Shown one piece after another: positions 19,212 to 20,000 of a stretch of 20,000 nucleotides of DNA. The DNA is taken from the NCBI GenBank assembly GCA_041690595.1, contig JAWLHB010000002.1:292534-312533 (forward strand). The letters run 5' to 3'. The notes below the pieces were generated by a model that saw only the letters and a list, made by a program, of their open reading frames with translations, was not told the DNA's origin and did no database searches. A program made the position numbers and the translations under genes. Source of the DNA: Lentisphaeria bacterium (GTDB lineage Bacteria > Verrucomicrobiota > Lentisphaeria > JABSQK01 > JAWLHB01). Numbering within the stretch: position 1 is the first letter of the stretch; every line of letters starts with the position of its first letter.

Positions 19212-19260
19212 TTTACTTTAGCCCCAGCTCTGATTATAGTGATCAGTATAAAGGCAACAA
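19212..19260. promoter_or_regulatory. Overlapping divergent sigma70 promoters
   Basis: Plus: TTTACT (19212-19217), 17 nt, TATAGT (19235-19240). Minus: TTGTTG (19260-19255), 16 nt, TATAAT (19238-19233). AT-rich island in a GC-rich context. Confidence 0.55.
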
Positions 19261-19337
19261 GAGCTCACATCTTGCACGCCGAACCTGTCAGCCTAAGGTC
19301 CGCGATACCCTCGATTCGACAGGTTCGGCTTTTTTTT
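19247..19337 (+). ncRNA. Candidate ~90-nt small RNA or attenuated leader
   Basis: Bounded by the plus-strand promoter and the terminator-like hairpin; no credible CDS inside or in the following 660 bp. Confidence 0.4.
19278..19337 (+). terminator. Intrinsic terminator-like hairpin with a large loop
   Basis: Perfect 12-bp stem GCCGAACCTGTC (19278-19289) / GACAGGTTCGGC (19318-19329), 28-nt loop, then T8 (19330-19337). Confidence 0.7.
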
Positions 19338-19498
19338 GCCCGTTTGCCCCAACGAACCGCGACTGTCCGGCAACGTGGGAGGGGTTCTCCGAACCGCGAC
19401 TTGGGCTTTGCTATCCCTCCACGTGAGCACACCCCAGCCTTCAGCCTCGACAGGCCCGGCAACGTGGACCCAGCCTTCAGCCTCAACAGGCCCGGAAG

Positions 19499-19658
19499 TG
19501 TGGGAGTCCCCCCCGGCCGTTGCCCGGCCATTCTTCTTCATAACTCCAAACCCGTTCCGCCCCCAGTGTGAGCTCAATGTGGGAGTCCCCTCCCGGCCCT
19601 TGCCCGGACATTGTTCTTCATAAGTCCAAACCCAATGCAGCCCTCCCGTTTGAGCTCA
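19499..19658 (+). repeat. Tandem duplication of a ~79-bp unit (family B)
   Basis: TGTGGGAGTCCCC..CCGGCC.TTGCCCGG.CATT.TTCTTCATAA.TCCAAACCC...TGAGCTCA at 19499-19576 and 19578-19658. Confidence 0.9.
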
Positions 19659-19692
19659 GTTTCACAGAAACCGGCATCTCCTTTCGCCCCTT

Positions 19693-19789
19693 GCCCCAGC
19701 GGGGCTGCGTCCCATAGCCCAGGGTTGCCCTTGAGGCTACCCTGGGTATACTGCCCGCTCATGCATCAACCCCAGTCGGGGTTGCGTCC
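19693..19789. repeat. Three-hairpin REP-like palindromic element
   Basis: GCCCC-AGC-GGGGC (19693-19705); CCCAGGGTTGCC-CTTGA-GGCTACCCTGGG (19718-19746); CAACCCC-AGTC-GGGGTTG (19767-19784); direct repeat GGGGYTGCGTCC at 19701 and 19778. Confidence 0.75.
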
Positions 19790-20000
19790 ACGGCCTCGCC
19801 CTCTCCCCGCGTGAGCGAATCCCACGGGACATATTATATAATGAGGGATTCTCCGAACCGCGACTTGGACTTTGCCATCCCCCCACAGGAGCACAGTTTC
19901 CCCAGCCTTCAGCCTCGACAGGCCCGACAACGTGAGAGGGGTTCTCCGAACCGCGACTTGGATTATGCCCCCCCCCCCACAGGAGCACAGTTTCCCCAGC

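Larger units (their letters stand above)
19353..20000 (+). repeat. REP-like repeat family A in ~90-bp direct units
   Basis: GTGGGAGGGGTTCTCCGAACCGCGAC at 19375-19400, variants at 19841-19864 and 19932-19957, half copy at 19353-19364. Companion motif CCCAGCCTTCAGCCTCRACAGGCCCG at 19433-19458, 19469-19494, 19901-19926 and starting again at 19995. Confidence 0.88.

Noticed and set aside
19247..19337. Firm call of a c-di-GMP-I riboswitch
   Set aside because: Lacks the GNRA tetraloop, the GCAAA junction and the complete receptor, and has no downstream gene; kept only as a candidate sRNA.
19199..19988. Short ORFs in the terminal region
   Set aside because: They translate the DNA repeats, lack SD sites and show no protein-like features.
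19353..20000. Possible CRISPR array
   Set aside because: The sequences between the palindromes are themselves repeated rather than unique spacers, spacing is irregular, copies are degenerate, and there are no cas genes in the window.

Overview
GC-rich bacterial DNA. The gene content (large secreted DUF5060- and DUF6067-like proteins, REP-like repeats) suggests a PVC-superphylum organism such as Lentisphaerae or Kiritimatiellae, which is inference only. About 13 real CDSs: guaB (partial, missing from the ORF track), a J-domain/TPR-like protein, Tex, a Cys-cluster hypothetical, DUF1990, a DUF5060/GH-A-like secreted protein, a yeast-type cytosine deaminase, a CHASE2-Ser/Thr kinase, a FecR protein fused to a GspG-like pseudopilin head domain, a CPBP protease coupled to phosphatidylserine decarboxylase, rhaA, and a 1180-aa secreted putative CAZyme. 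The last ~800 bp are non-coding: overlapping divergent promoters, a candidate ~90-nt small RNA with a terminator, and a mosaic of REP-like repeats. The best candidate for an undescribed system is the two-gene operon FecR-GspG fusion + CHASE2 kinase (9052-12408). Domain calls come from motif recognition by eye; no database searches were run.
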